A stretch of DNA of 44,436 bases from contig CAZKZS010000005.1 in assembly GCA_964557285.1 (NCBI GenBank), forward strand, positions 1 to 44,436. Reading direction: 5' to 3'. The notes below the pieces were generated by a model. The model did not search any database. It saw only the letters and a list, made by a program, of their open reading frames with translations, and had not been told where the DNA came from. Below are positions 8,459 to 17,493 of the stretch, piece after piece. The translations under genes and the position numbers were made by a program. This DNA is from an uncultured Anaerolineae bacterium (GTDB lineage: Bacteria > Chloroflexota > Anaerolineae > Aggregatilineales > J027). The stretch's first letter is position 1. Each line of letters begins with the position of its first letter.

Positions 8459-10246
8459 ATGCAGCAATCGGACAATGTATCTCCCGCAGAGTGGCGGTGG
8501 GTCGCTCTCATAAGCGGCCTCCTGGTAGCGCTGACTCTGCTGCCTTATGCCTGGGCATTGATTGCCTCGGTAGACTCCTCCTATACCTTCCTGGGGATTC
8601 TTCCGAATCCGAAAGATGGCGCTACGTATCTGTCGAAAATTCAGCAGGGGGTAGATGGTCACTGGCTGTTTGAACTGCGCCACACCCCCGAAAAACATGA
8701 TCCGGCAGGTTTCCATCTGTTCTATCTGATGTTAGGACAGGTCGCTAATTTGTTGGGACTGTCTACTGTAGTGATGTTTCATCTGGCGCGGGTAGCGACC
8801 AGCTTTTTTATGTTTGCTGCGTTATATAACCTCGGCGCGGCCATCTGGACTCGGATTCGCCCCCGCCGCCTGTTTTTCATTCTCATTTCTGTAGGGTCGG
8901 GGCTGGGATGGCTGGCGCTTTTTTTTAATTCAGATTCCCTTGCACCAGATTTAATTGTGCCGGAAGCCTTTCCTCTGCTGGCAGCATATACCAATCCTCA
9001 TTTCCCCCTGGCAATTGGCTGTCTGGCGCTGGTCACGGCGATTTTTATCCGTGTGTTTCGCCCCGGTTTTACCGAAGCACCTACGTCCGATAATGGCGGG
9101 CTGGTCCTAATTATTCTGTCGATTATTCTGGCAATCATTTCACCGCCCGCGATGGTGGGTCTGGGGGGGACACTGTTTTTTTATACGGTGGTACGGGGTT
9201 ACATCCTGACCCAAATGGTTCGTCAGAAACCCAAAGCGCAGCAAAAACTCAACTACACGCAGCAAACCCTTCCGATATATGGTTTTCAAGTGCCTTTGCA
9301 TGAAGCGCGTTGGGCCGCCATGTTTATTCTGCCTGCTGCTCCTCTGGCGCTGTATTATTTTATGGTGTTTCGCTTTAATGAGACTTTTGGCGCTTTTAAT
9401 GAACAAAATGTGACCCCTTCTCCCAATCCATTGTTATTCATTTTTGGTTATGGGCTGCTGCTGATTCTGGCGATTCCGGGGTTATGGCGGGCCTTTCGCC
9501 GTTTTGAACCGGACGGCGACCAGTTCATGTTTATCTGGTTTGTGGTCAATGTGCTGGCGATTTACGCGCCTTTTGCTTTACAGCGCCGCCTATTAATTGG
9601 GCTGATTATCCCCATTATTTATTTTGCGGTTCGTTCCATTGAAGATTACTGGATAGAACGTGTACCGGAACGTCTGCGCGTGCCAGCGCTAATTGCCCTG
9701 TTTGTGTTTATTCTGCCAACTCATGTATTCACGTTTGGAGCGCCGCTGGCTTTTGCAGTGTTCGATCAGGAAGCGGGCGCGGATAACCTGATTCTGGTGC
9801 ATGAGGATTATCGGAAGGCGTTCGATGAACTTCAGAAGGTGGCACAGTATGATGAGGTTGTGCTGGCTTCTCCCAATATCAGTCTGTGGCTTCCGGTGCA
9901 AACTGAACAGCGACCCGTTTACGGGCATGAGTTTGAAACCGTCCCCAACGAAGAACGCGCCGACCAGGTTTTTGATTTTTACCGGGGCAAAGATTGTGAA
10001 ACGCTGCTGGGGGAGGATTTGCCTTTCCGGGTGGCTTTTGTCCTGTGGGGACCGAAAGAGGATGACCTGGGGCTGTTAACCCGCAAAGAAGCAAAAGATG
10101 AGGGCATCCTGAACCTGGAAGATTTTGAAAAGGAAAACGGCGACAAAATTCGGCTGCCGAACGCAGATAAATGCCGGACTGTGGTCGAAGAACGGGCTGT
10201 TGAACGGTGGACATTTGGGGATGTCACCCTCTATCGCCTCCCTTAA
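8459..10246 (+). CDS. Large polytopic membrane protein 'A', putative GT-C-type glycosyltransferase with a C-terminal soluble domain; paralog of 12215-13765
   Basis: ATG 8459 is preceded by GAGGAA; the track start 8306 lies inside the permease gene. There are many hydrophobic helices. The first loop contains NPKDGATYLSKIQQGVDGHW. Shared motifs with gene C: PSPNPLLFIFGYGLL, LQRRLL and PVYGHEFET...FDFYRGK. Confidence 0.6.
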   Translation: MQQSDNVSPAEWRWVALISGLLVALTLLPYAWALIASVDSSYTFLGILPNPKDGATYLSKIQQGVDGHWLFELRHTPEKHDPAGFHLFYLMLGQVANLLGLSTVVMFHLARVATSFFMFAALYNLGAAIWTRIRPRRLFFILISVGSGLGWLALFFNSDSLAPDLIVPEAFPLLAAYTNPHFPLAIGCLALVTAIFIRVFRPGFTEAPTSDNGGLVLIILSIILAIISPPAMVGLGGTLFFYTVVRGYILTQMVRQKPKAQQKLNYTQQTLPIYGFQVPLHEARWAAMFILPAAPLALYYFMVFRFNETFGAFNEQNVTPSPNPLLFIFGYGLLLILAIPGLWRAFRRFEPDGDQFMFIWFVVNVLAIYAPFALQRRLLIGLIIPIIYFAVRSIEDYWIERVPERLRVPALIALFVFILPTHVFTFGAPLAFAVFDQEAGADNLILVHEDYRKAFDELQKVAQYDEVVLASPNISLWLPVQTEQRPVYGHEFETVPNEERADQVFDFYRGKDCETLLGEDLPFRVAFVLWGPKEDDLGLLTRKEAKDEGILNLEDFEKENGDKIRLPNADKCRTVVEERAVERWTFGDVTLYRLP

Positions 10247-12263
10247 AATTGGTGCTGCCTTTGCCTGCCTGCTGCTGATTTTCCTGATTCTAATCGGCTT
10301 TCGGTACACCAGCCTGCCATACAACCCCGGGGCAGATTTTTCCGACTCGACCATCAGCCGATGGCCGGATGCGCTGCATTTCCAGCGCAGTGTACGCGAC
10401 CATCACACTCTGCCTCTCTGGAATCCGCACCTCATGGCAGGCCAACCTTTTGCGGCAAATCCGGGAACTAAAGTCTGGTATCCTCTGACCTGGCTGCTGC
10501 TCATCTGGGATGCCGCGTTTCATATCAATATTATGATCGCGTTTCATCTGTGGTGGGGCGGCATGGGCATGTGGTTCTGGTCGCGCCGCACCGGATTGGC
10601 CGACTGGCCTGCGGTGCTGGCTGCCGTTGGATATTTACTTGCGCCCAAGTTACTGGCTCATGCAGGGGCGGGGCATCTGGATTTGTTAATAGTGATGGCC
10701 TGGCTGCCCTGGATGCTGTTTTTCCTGCACCGCACGCTGGTTTTTCCCAATGAAAGTGTATTCAATACGATTGCGCTGGCTTTTACAGGGGCAATGCTGT
10801 TCATAGGCGCGATTCAGCTTATGCTTTTTACCTTCGGGCTGAGTTTTGTCTATGCGTTATCGCTGGAACGCAAACCCCGCCGCTATAAAAATCTACTTCT
10901 GGTATCCGTTTTAGGCATAGGATTTGCGGCGGTGCAGTGGATTCCATTAGTGGAACTGCGGGAGGCGGTTTCACGGGGCGATATTCGAGCGCAGGACGCC
11001 GCTATTTTCAGCCTTGAGGCCGGACAGCTTGTAGGGATGCTCATGGGGGATCACAGTGGCAACGTTGAAACCCTGACCTATGTTGGTGTGAGCGTGCTAA
11101 TTCTGGCGCTGGCAGGGCTGATTCTGCGCCCGCGTCAAAATCGCTTCTGGTGGGCAGTGATTACTTTTGCGGCGCTGTACAGCCTGGGCGAAAATTTTAT
11201 GCTCTGGTCTGCGCTGGTGAAAATTTTTCCGCCCCTGCTGCTGTTCCGTGTCCCCAGCCGCGCCTGGTTTCTGGTGGCGCTGAGTATGCCCTATCTGGCC
11301 GGCTGGGGACTTCAGACTCTAGTAGAAAATCCACCCCATACCGCCCTCGCCCGTCTGGGGATTGTGGCGCTGGTAGGGCTGGGGCTGACATGCAGCGTGT
11401 CGAGTCTGGTCATTTTAAGCGAATTTGTCAAAACCAGCGCGATTCTTGGCACGTTTTTTCTACCGCTTACCGCCTTTTTTATCGCGCTCCTGATTTTTAA
11501 CCGGATTCCGTCGCATATCCTGATGCCCTTAATGACCATCGTTATCATTGCAGATTGTTTATGGATAGGGCAGGCAGTATTAGAAGGGCGTCCCCAAAAA
11601 GCGTGGCTGACAGAAAACCCGCCCGCGCTGCTGGAAAATCTAACCGGACGCATTTATACCCCCAGTTATGCGATTCCTCAGCAGGATACTGCTTACTGGG
11701 GACTTCAGCGTTTGGATGGCGTTGACCCGTTCCAGTTAAAAAAATTTGTCGAAAATAGCGAACATGCTACGGGCGTGCCGCGTGAGGGCTACAGCACCAC
11801 TGTTCCCGCCGAAGTTGTACTTGAACCGGATAAAGCGAATCTGGACATCCAGAACGCGCCAATGGATGCTGAACAATTAGGGCAGTGGGGTGTGGCCTAT
11901 GTTTTGACCAATTACCCGATTCACATTGATGGACTGAAACTGGCTAATCGGCAGGATGATATTTATTTTTATGAAAATACATTTTATCGAGCCTTTGATT
12001 TGAGTTGGGACGGTCCGAATCGGGTTACGCTGTCGGTAGAAAATCCTGATATTTATCCTGTTGTAAATGCCTCTGGCTGGCAAAAAGAAAATGGGGAAGC
12101 TGTCAAGAAGAATTTATTAAGCCTGCCTGCTGAAAATACAACTTTCGTTTACCGCCCCGTCGGAATCTCTATCGGATTGGCGGTGAGTGGTCTTACTTAT
12201 GGAGTGGCGCTGCTGTGGCTGGTAGGGGTGTCTGGCTTTTTGCGCTTCTCGTCGCTGCGCTAA
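10221..12263 (+). CDS. YfhO-like polytopic membrane protein 'B' (putative GT-C glycosyltransferase)
   Basis: ATG 10221 (MSPSIASLKIGAAFACLLL...) overlaps the end of gene A by 26 nt. The N-terminal signature LPLWNPHLMAGQPFAANPGTKVWYP and the motif AWLPWMLFF parallel gene D. The family call is by motif only. Confidence 0.6.
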   Translation: MSPSIASLKIGAAFACLLLIFLILIGFRYTSLPYNPGADFSDSTISRWPDALHFQRSVRDHHTLPLWNPHLMAGQPFAANPGTKVWYPLTWLLLIWDAAFHINIMIAFHLWWGGMGMWFWSRRTGLADWPAVLAAVGYLLAPKLLAHAGAGHLDLLIVMAWLPWMLFFLHRTLVFPNESVFNTIALAFTGAMLFIGAIQLMLFTFGLSFVYALSLERKPRRYKNLLLVSVLGIGFAAVQWIPLVELREAVSRGDIRAQDAAIFSLEAGQLVGMLMGDHSGNVETLTYVGVSVLILALAGLILRPRQNRFWWAVITFAALYSLGENFMLWSALVKIFPPLLLFRVPSRAWFLVALSMPYLAGWGLQTLVENPPHTALARLGIVALVGLGLTCSVSSLVILSEFVKTSAILGTFFLPLTAFFIALLIFNRIPSHILMPLMTIVIIADCLWIGQAVLEGRPQKAWLTENPPALLENLTGRIYTPSYAIPQQDTAYWGLQRLDGVDPFQLKKFVENSEHATGVPREGYSTTVPAEVVLEPDKANLDIQNAPMDAEQLGQWGVAYVLTNYPIHIDGLKLANRQDDIYFYENTFYRAFDLSWDGPNRVTLSVENPDIYPVVNASGWQKENGEAVKKNLLSLPAENTTFVYRPVGISIGLAVSGLTYGVALLWLVGVSGFLRFSSLR

Positions 12264-13765
12264 CCACGCTGCCCTATCTGGTCGGATGGGCGTCGGCGGG
12301 CGATGAGTGGGTTTTTAACGGCTTCACGATTGGCGTGGAAGATGGCAATGCTTACCTGGGCAAAATGCGACTCGGCGCACGTGGGGAATGGAAATTTTTC
12401 CTGTTTTACTCGCCAGAACAAACAGACAGCGCTTTTGGTTTATATCTTCCTTACATCGCATTGGGGCAGGGTGTCGGATGGGTGGTGGATGAAAATTCGC
12501 CGGAACTGGTCACGGCGCTGGCAATTGCTTTTCAGCTATTCCGTTTTGCTGCCAGTTTTTTGCTCATTCTGGCGACGGATGCTTTTATTGGAGAATTTAT
12601 CTCTGCGCCGCGCACGCGCTGGCTTGCGCTGATTCTGGTCACGTTGGGGGGTGGGTTGGGCTGGATTCTGCTGCTGGCGGGATACCAGCCCATTGAATTT
12701 TATATTCCCGAAGGCTTTTCCTTCCTGCTGATTTTTGCCCTTCCGCATCTCGCCCTTGCGCGGGCAGCACTTTTAATCGGCTTCATTTATATATTCCGCG
12801 CGTTAAAAAATCAGCGCTGGCAGGCGGCTGTCATAGCAGGGCTGTTGTGGAATATCGTCGGGCTGATGGTCACGTTTTATCTGGCGGTGATTTATGCGCT
12901 GCTAGGGGCGTGGGGGCTGGCACTCTGGCTTAAAAGAAAGCATTTTCCCGTTTCCTTTGCGCTGATGGGAGGAATCGCTGCTGGTTTCACCGCGCCCCTG
13001 TTTCTCTACAACACCTGGCTTTTTTCCACGAATGAAGCGTTTAAGCAGTGGTCGAGTCAGAATTATCTGCCCTCCCCTCATCCGATTTATTACGTCTTTG
13101 GATATGGTCTGCTGGCGGTGCTGGCAGGAGTAGGCGGCAGATGGGCATGGAAAAAAGGCACGGAAAAACATACGCTGCTGGTCGGATGGGTGCTGGTTGT
13201 GCCGATTCTGGTGTATTTACCGATTAATGTGCAGCGCCGCCTGCTGGAAGCCGTTTTTGTCCCTCTCGTGATTCTGGCCGTTGTAGGGTTGAAATTACTG
13301 ACACGCCATCGCTTCAAACTGGCACAGCGGTTGCTGCTGGTGGCGCTGCTGCCTTCCATGATTCTGCTGTGGGTAGGCAGCATTTTTACCTTAACTGTGC
13401 CGGATTATCCTGCCTTTCGCCCCAAAACCGAAACCCGTGCCATGGACTGGCTGGCAAAACACGTTGAACCCAATGCGGTGGTGTTGGGTGCGGCAGGGAC
13501 AGGAAATTATCTTCCCGCCAGAACCAATCTACGCCCGTTTATGGGGCATGGGCCGGAAACCCTTTATTCCCGTGAAAAAGCGGACATCGTAGAGAAATTT
13601 TATAAAGGCCAGCTTTCGCCCGCCGAAAGGCAGCAGTTGTTCAGCGATTTTAACATTCGATACGTGATGTTTGGGCCGTTAGAACGTAAAATCAATGAAG
13701 CGTGGAGCAGCGATTTAACGCTCATCTATGACCACGGCCAGTACCAGATTTTTGAGGTTAAATAG
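12215..13765 (+). CDS. Large polytopic membrane protein 'C', paralog of 'A' (putative GT-C-type)
   Basis: GTG start at 12215 overlaps gene B by 49 nt. Motifs: VEDGNAYLGKMRLGARGEW, PSPHPIYYVFGYGLL, VQRRLL and PFMGHGPET...VEKFYKGQ. All are collinear with gene A. Confidence 0.6.
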   Translation: MAGRGVWLFALLVAALTTLPYLVGWASAGDEWVFNGFTIGVEDGNAYLGKMRLGARGEWKFFLFYSPEQTDSAFGLYLPYIALGQGVGWVVDENSPELVTALAIAFQLFRFAASFLLILATDAFIGEFISAPRTRWLALILVTLGGGLGWILLLAGYQPIEFYIPEGFSFLLIFALPHLALARAALLIGFIYIFRALKNQRWQAAVIAGLLWNIVGLMVTFYLAVIYALLGAWGLALWLKRKHFPVSFALMGGIAAGFTAPLFLYNTWLFSTNEAFKQWSSQNYLPSPHPIYYVFGYGLLAVLAGVGGRWAWKKGTEKHTLLVGWVLVVPILVYLPINVQRRLLEAVFVPLVILAVVGLKLLTRHRFKLAQRLLLVALLPSMILLWVGSIFTLTVPDYPAFRPKTETRAMDWLAKHVEPNAVVLGAAGTGNYLPARTNLRPFMGHGPETLYSREKADIVEKFYKGQLSPAERQQLFSDFNIRYVMFGPLERKINEAWSSDLTLIYDHGQYQIFEVK

Positions 13766-13770
13766 ATAGT

Positions 13771-16083
13771 ATGAATCGTCGCGGAATTGCGACATGGTTT
13801 CCACTGGCGCTTCTGGCGGGGATGCTGGTGGTCTTTTTTGCGCCTTTGATTGTGGGGACACGTTCGTTGTTCTGGGGACTGCCCGCGCTGCAATTTTACC
13901 CCTGGCGCGAATTTGCCTTTGATGAACTGCGGGCAGGCCGGATTCCTTTTTTGAATCCCTATAACGGCGGTGGCGCTCCCCTGCTGGCGAATTATCAGAC
14001 GGCTGTTTTTTACCCCCCGAACTGGCTGCATCTTATCCTACCTGATGCCCATGCCATGAATTTAATTGCGGTGCTGCATATTTTCTGGGCGGGTTTTGGC
14101 ATGTGGAAATTGACGGGGCAGCTTGGGATTCGGGATTTTGGGCGGGGAGTCAGCCTGCTGGCCTACGCGTTTGCTGGATACAACATTGCCCGTATGGGGT
14201 CATTCCCGACAGCCAGTACAGCCGCCTGGCTTCCCTGGTTGTTATGGGTGCTAACAGGGCTGCTGGAAAAACGTACCGCAGGTTATGTGGGGCTGCTCGG
14301 TCTGATTTCGGCGATGCTGCTGCTGGCCGGACACGCGCAAACGGCGCTTTATGCATTTTTGGCCGCCGGGTTATATACCCTCTGGCAGCTTACCACCCTG
14401 CCGCGCCCTGTCCGCTTCAAAGCCTTTCTGATGGCAGGCGGCGGGGTGCTGCTTGGCACGGGTATTGCTGCCACGCAACTTTTATTCACGCTGGAATTGT
14501 TGGCCGAATCACAGCGTTCGGGCGGGGTCGATTACAACGAACTGACCAATCTTTCTTTTGCTCCGCTTCGGCTGCTGGTACTGGTCATGCCAAACTTTTT
14601 TGGGAGTCCGGTGGATGGATCGTATTTGACCCCCGACCGGGGGGTGTACTTTGAGGACATGATTTATATCGGCATCGTGCCATTTATTGCCGCCATTGCC
14701 GCCATTATTGGCTGGTTGCAACGGCGCACCCTGCTTGACCACTGGCAAAGTTATCGCAGTGTGCCGTTCTGGATGCTGCTTGTCGGGGTTGGATTTCTGC
14801 TGGCGATGGGGAAATACGGACCAGTTTACCGTACCTTGTACGACTATGTGCCGACCTTTGATGCCTTCCGTGAACCCGTGCGCTGGATGATCTGGCCGGT
14901 GTTTGCCCTGTGTGTGCTGGCCGGAATCGGGGTTCAGAACTGGGGCCGCAGCCCCCGCATTTTTTTCTGGTCACGGCTTTTAGCGGCGGGCGGTCTGGGA
15001 TTTGTCGTGATAGGGCTGGTTGTGCAGCAGACCAGTTCATCAGTAGATGCAACCGCGTCGGTTTTATTAGATGCTCTGACCGCTTTTGGGTGCTGGTTTG
15101 CGGGTGCAGCCATTCTCACGCTGGCTCAGCCGGATGAAACGTGGAATATCCCGTTCAGGCGCTGGGAGATGGCAGTCATCATTTTTGTGATGGCCGACTT
15201 GCTGTGGGCAGCACAGGGTTTAAACCCGACAGTGCAGCAACAGTTTTTCCGGGATGCCAGCGTGACCTATCCACAGGGGCGGCTGTACTGGTATAAGGAT
15301 TATGAAGAAGAAATCAAATTTGAAAAAACATTTGATTTAGCCGACTACCGCACCGCGACCCTGAACTGGCCGTATGTGCGTCACTCGCTGCTGCCCAATT
15401 TAAATATGCTGGATGAAGTTTCTCTTTATAACAATTTCGACCCCCTGCTGCCGCGTTATCAGGCCCGCTACATGGAACTGATTGAAAAATTAGGCCGTCG
15501 GGGAGGAAATCTACTTCGGGCGGCGGGCATTGGGCAAACGTTGGGGCCGGTGCGTCCTAACGGATGGGAAAAAATTCAGGGGGATGACCCCAGTTTTGAA
15601 GCGCCACAGGAGCCGCCTCTTGTCTGGCTAGTACCGCGTGCGATATGGGCAGCCGATGATGACACCGCCGAAGCCGAACTCCTTAAAGAAACCTGGAATC
15701 CGGATCAGGCAGTGATTCTGAGCGCAGAAGCGCCAACCGACGCGCTGGTACTGGAAACCTCCCCTCCCCTTGAAGAAGTGAGTTTTTTTGAAGTGGTGGA
15801 GGATACACCGACTCAGAAAAAATACCGTGTTGTAACCGATGGAAGCGGGTATCTGGTGCTGGCAACTTCATGGTATCCGGGATGGAGTGTGCATGTGGAT
15901 GGGGAAAAACAGACCCTTTACCGTGCGAATCTGGCATTTATGGCCGTTGAAATTCCTGAAGGCGGCGGTGAAGTCACCTTCCGCTATTTTCCATCCCTCA
16001 GTATTCCAGGGATTTTATTCAGTTTGCTTTCGCTGTTTGTCTGCATTGGTTTAATCGCCTTTAGTCAATTCCGTCAGCAATAA
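13771..16083 (+). CDS. YfhO family membrane protein 'D' (putative GT-C glycosyltransferase)
   Basis: 770-aa ORF with the N-terminal signature IPFLNPYNGGGAPLLANYQTAVFYPPNW and many TM helices. The C-terminus has a YfhO-style domain, SWYPGWSVHVDGEKQTLYRANLAFMAVEIPEGGGEVTFRYFP, followed by a final TM helix. Confidence 0.7.
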   Translation: MNRRGIATWFPLALLAGMLVVFFAPLIVGTRSLFWGLPALQFYPWREFAFDELRAGRIPFLNPYNGGGAPLLANYQTAVFYPPNWLHLILPDAHAMNLIAVLHIFWAGFGMWKLTGQLGIRDFGRGVSLLAYAFAGYNIARMGSFPTASTAAWLPWLLWVLTGLLEKRTAGYVGLLGLISAMLLLAGHAQTALYAFLAAGLYTLWQLTTLPRPVRFKAFLMAGGGVLLGTGIAATQLLFTLELLAESQRSGGVDYNELTNLSFAPLRLLVLVMPNFFGSPVDGSYLTPDRGVYFEDMIYIGIVPFIAAIAAIIGWLQRRTLLDHWQSYRSVPFWMLLVGVGFLLAMGKYGPVYRTLYDYVPTFDAFREPVRWMIWPVFALCVLAGIGVQNWGRSPRIFFWSRLLAAGGLGFVVIGLVVQQTSSSVDATASVLLDALTAFGCWFAGAAILTLAQPDETWNIPFRRWEMAVIIFVMADLLWAAQGLNPTVQQQFFRDASVTYPQGRLYWYKDYEEEIKFEKTFDLADYRTATLNWPYVRHSLLPNLNMLDEVSLYNNFDPLLPRYQARYMELIEKLGRRGGNLLRAAGIGQTLGPVRPNGWEKIQGDDPSFEAPQEPPLVWLVPRAIWAADDDTAEAELLKETWNPDQAVILSAEAPTDALVLETSPPLEEVSFFEVVEDTPTQKKYRVVTDGSGYLVLATSWYPGWSVHVDGEKQTLYRANLAFMAVEIPEGGGEVTFRYFPSLSIPGILFSLLSLFVCIGLIAFSQFRQQ

Positions 16084-17489
16084 TGTCTCGTAACGCGCCT
16101 CAACTTCAACTGTCGGAACGCCGTTTGCTGCTGCGTCTGGGGGATGCCGTTTGCAATTTTTTAGCGGTGCTAATTGCCCTGCGAATCTGGGCATTTGTAG
16201 CGGGACGGGATTACAATCTCGGCTTTATCCTGGCAAATTTCTTCTGGTTTGTGGTGCTGGAAACGCTGTGGTTTATGATTGCCAGCGCCAATGACTTTTA
16301 TGATTTAAAAATCGCCTCGCATGGGATACGTTCGGCGACCATCCTGTTCCAGATTGTGATTCAAATTACCTTTGTGTATCTGGTCATCTTTTTTGTGTCC
16401 CCACGAGATGCTCTGCCGCGTTTATTCATTCTTTATTATGCGATTACTTCTATTCTGCTGATTACCCTGTGGCGGGCATGGCGGCCTTTTTTAATCGGCT
16501 GGACGTATCAGCCACGACGGGCGCTGGTGGTGGGCAGTGGATGGGCGGCGCGGGCAATTCTGGAAGTGCTGCAAACAGAAGCCCGAAATGAGTACGAAGT
16601 AGTTGGCGTGGTATCACACCCCAGTACCCATGCTGAAGTTGACCAGACGGTGACGGTTTTACGCGACGGCAAGTTGCTGGCACAAACCGCCGAATCGCTC
16701 AATGCCTCCGAAATTATTCTTGCCTATGGCAGCGAAATGCCGGGGGATATGTTTCAGGGGCTGATGGATGCTTACGAACAGGGATACACCATTACACCGA
16801 TGCCGATTCTTTATGAACAGGTGACAGGACGTGTTCCCATTGAACACGTCAGCGAATCAAGCTGGATGGTGGTGCTGCCTGTAGAAACCAGTACCCTGTT
16901 TAACCCCTATCCCCTGCTTAAACGGCTGATGGATATTATTTTATCGCTGATTGGCTCGCTGATGTTTGCGCTGCTGCTGCCGTTTATCGCGCTGGCCGTA
17001 ACATTGGACTCGCCGGGACCGATTTTTTACCGTCAGGAGCGTGTGGGGAAAGGGGGCAAGCCGTTCAAAATTCTGAAATTAAGAACGATGATTCCTGATG
17101 CAGAAAAAATGAGTGGCCCCCAGTGGGCTGCTGATAATGACCCGCGTATCACCCGCACCGGAAAATTTCTGCGCCGAACCCGTCTGGATGAACTACCACA
17201 GCTTATCAACGTACTGCGCGGCCAGATGAGTCTGGTGGGCCCACGCCCCGAACGGCCTTTTTTTGTGGAAAAACTTTCGCAGGCCATCCCGTTTTACCGC
17301 ACCCGTAATATTATTAAACCCGGCGTAACCGGATGGGCGCAGGTGAAGTACGGATACGGCAATTCGGTAGAGGATGCGCTGGTGAAACTGCAATACGACC
17401 TGTATTACATCCGTCATCAAAGTATTCTTCTGGATGTGCTGATTCTGCTCCGCACTATCGGGAAAATGCTCAAATTCGCAGGGACATAG
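16083..17489 (+). CDS. Polyprenyl-phosphate phosphoglycosyl transferase (large WbaP/WcaJ-type 'bacterial sugar transferase')
   Basis: N-terminal TM helices and a Rossmann-like segment (RRALVVGSGWAARAI). The C-terminal catalytic domain reads LKRLMDIILSLIGSLMFALLLPFIALAVTLDSPGPIFYRQERVGKGGKPFKILKLRTM ... DELPQLINVLRGQMSLVGPRPERP. TAATG overlap with gene D. Confidence 0.88.
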   Translation: MSRNAPQLQLSERRLLLRLGDAVCNFLAVLIALRIWAFVAGRDYNLGFILANFFWFVVLETLWFMIASANDFYDLKIASHGIRSATILFQIVIQITFVYLVIFFVSPRDALPRLFILYYAITSILLITLWRAWRPFLIGWTYQPRRALVVGSGWAARAILEVLQTEARNEYEVVGVVSHPSTHAEVDQTVTVLRDGKLLAQTAESLNASEIILAYGSEMPGDMFQGLMDAYEQGYTITPMPILYEQVTGRVPIEHVSESSWMVVLPVETSTLFNPYPLLKRLMDIILSLIGSLMFALLLPFIALAVTLDSPGPIFYRQERVGKGGKPFKILKLRTMIPDAEKMSGPQWAADNDPRITRTGKFLRRTRLDELPQLINVLRGQMSLVGPRPERPFFVEKLSQAIPFYRTRNIIKPGVTGWAQVKYGYGNSVEDALVKLQYDLYYIRHQSILLDVLILLRTIGKMLKFAGT

Positions 17490-17493
17490 GTTT

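Noticed and set aside
14103-14654. 183-aa plus-strand ORF, along with other 60-140-aa ORFs inside the GT-C genes (e.g. 10550-10753, 11150-11500, 14705-15052 minus, 23799-24233 minus).
   Set aside because: These are alternative-frame or antisense ORFs within long, motif-bearing membrane-protein genes. They have Arg/Gly/Pro/Ala-rich compositions typical of off-frame translation in moderately GC-rich DNA.
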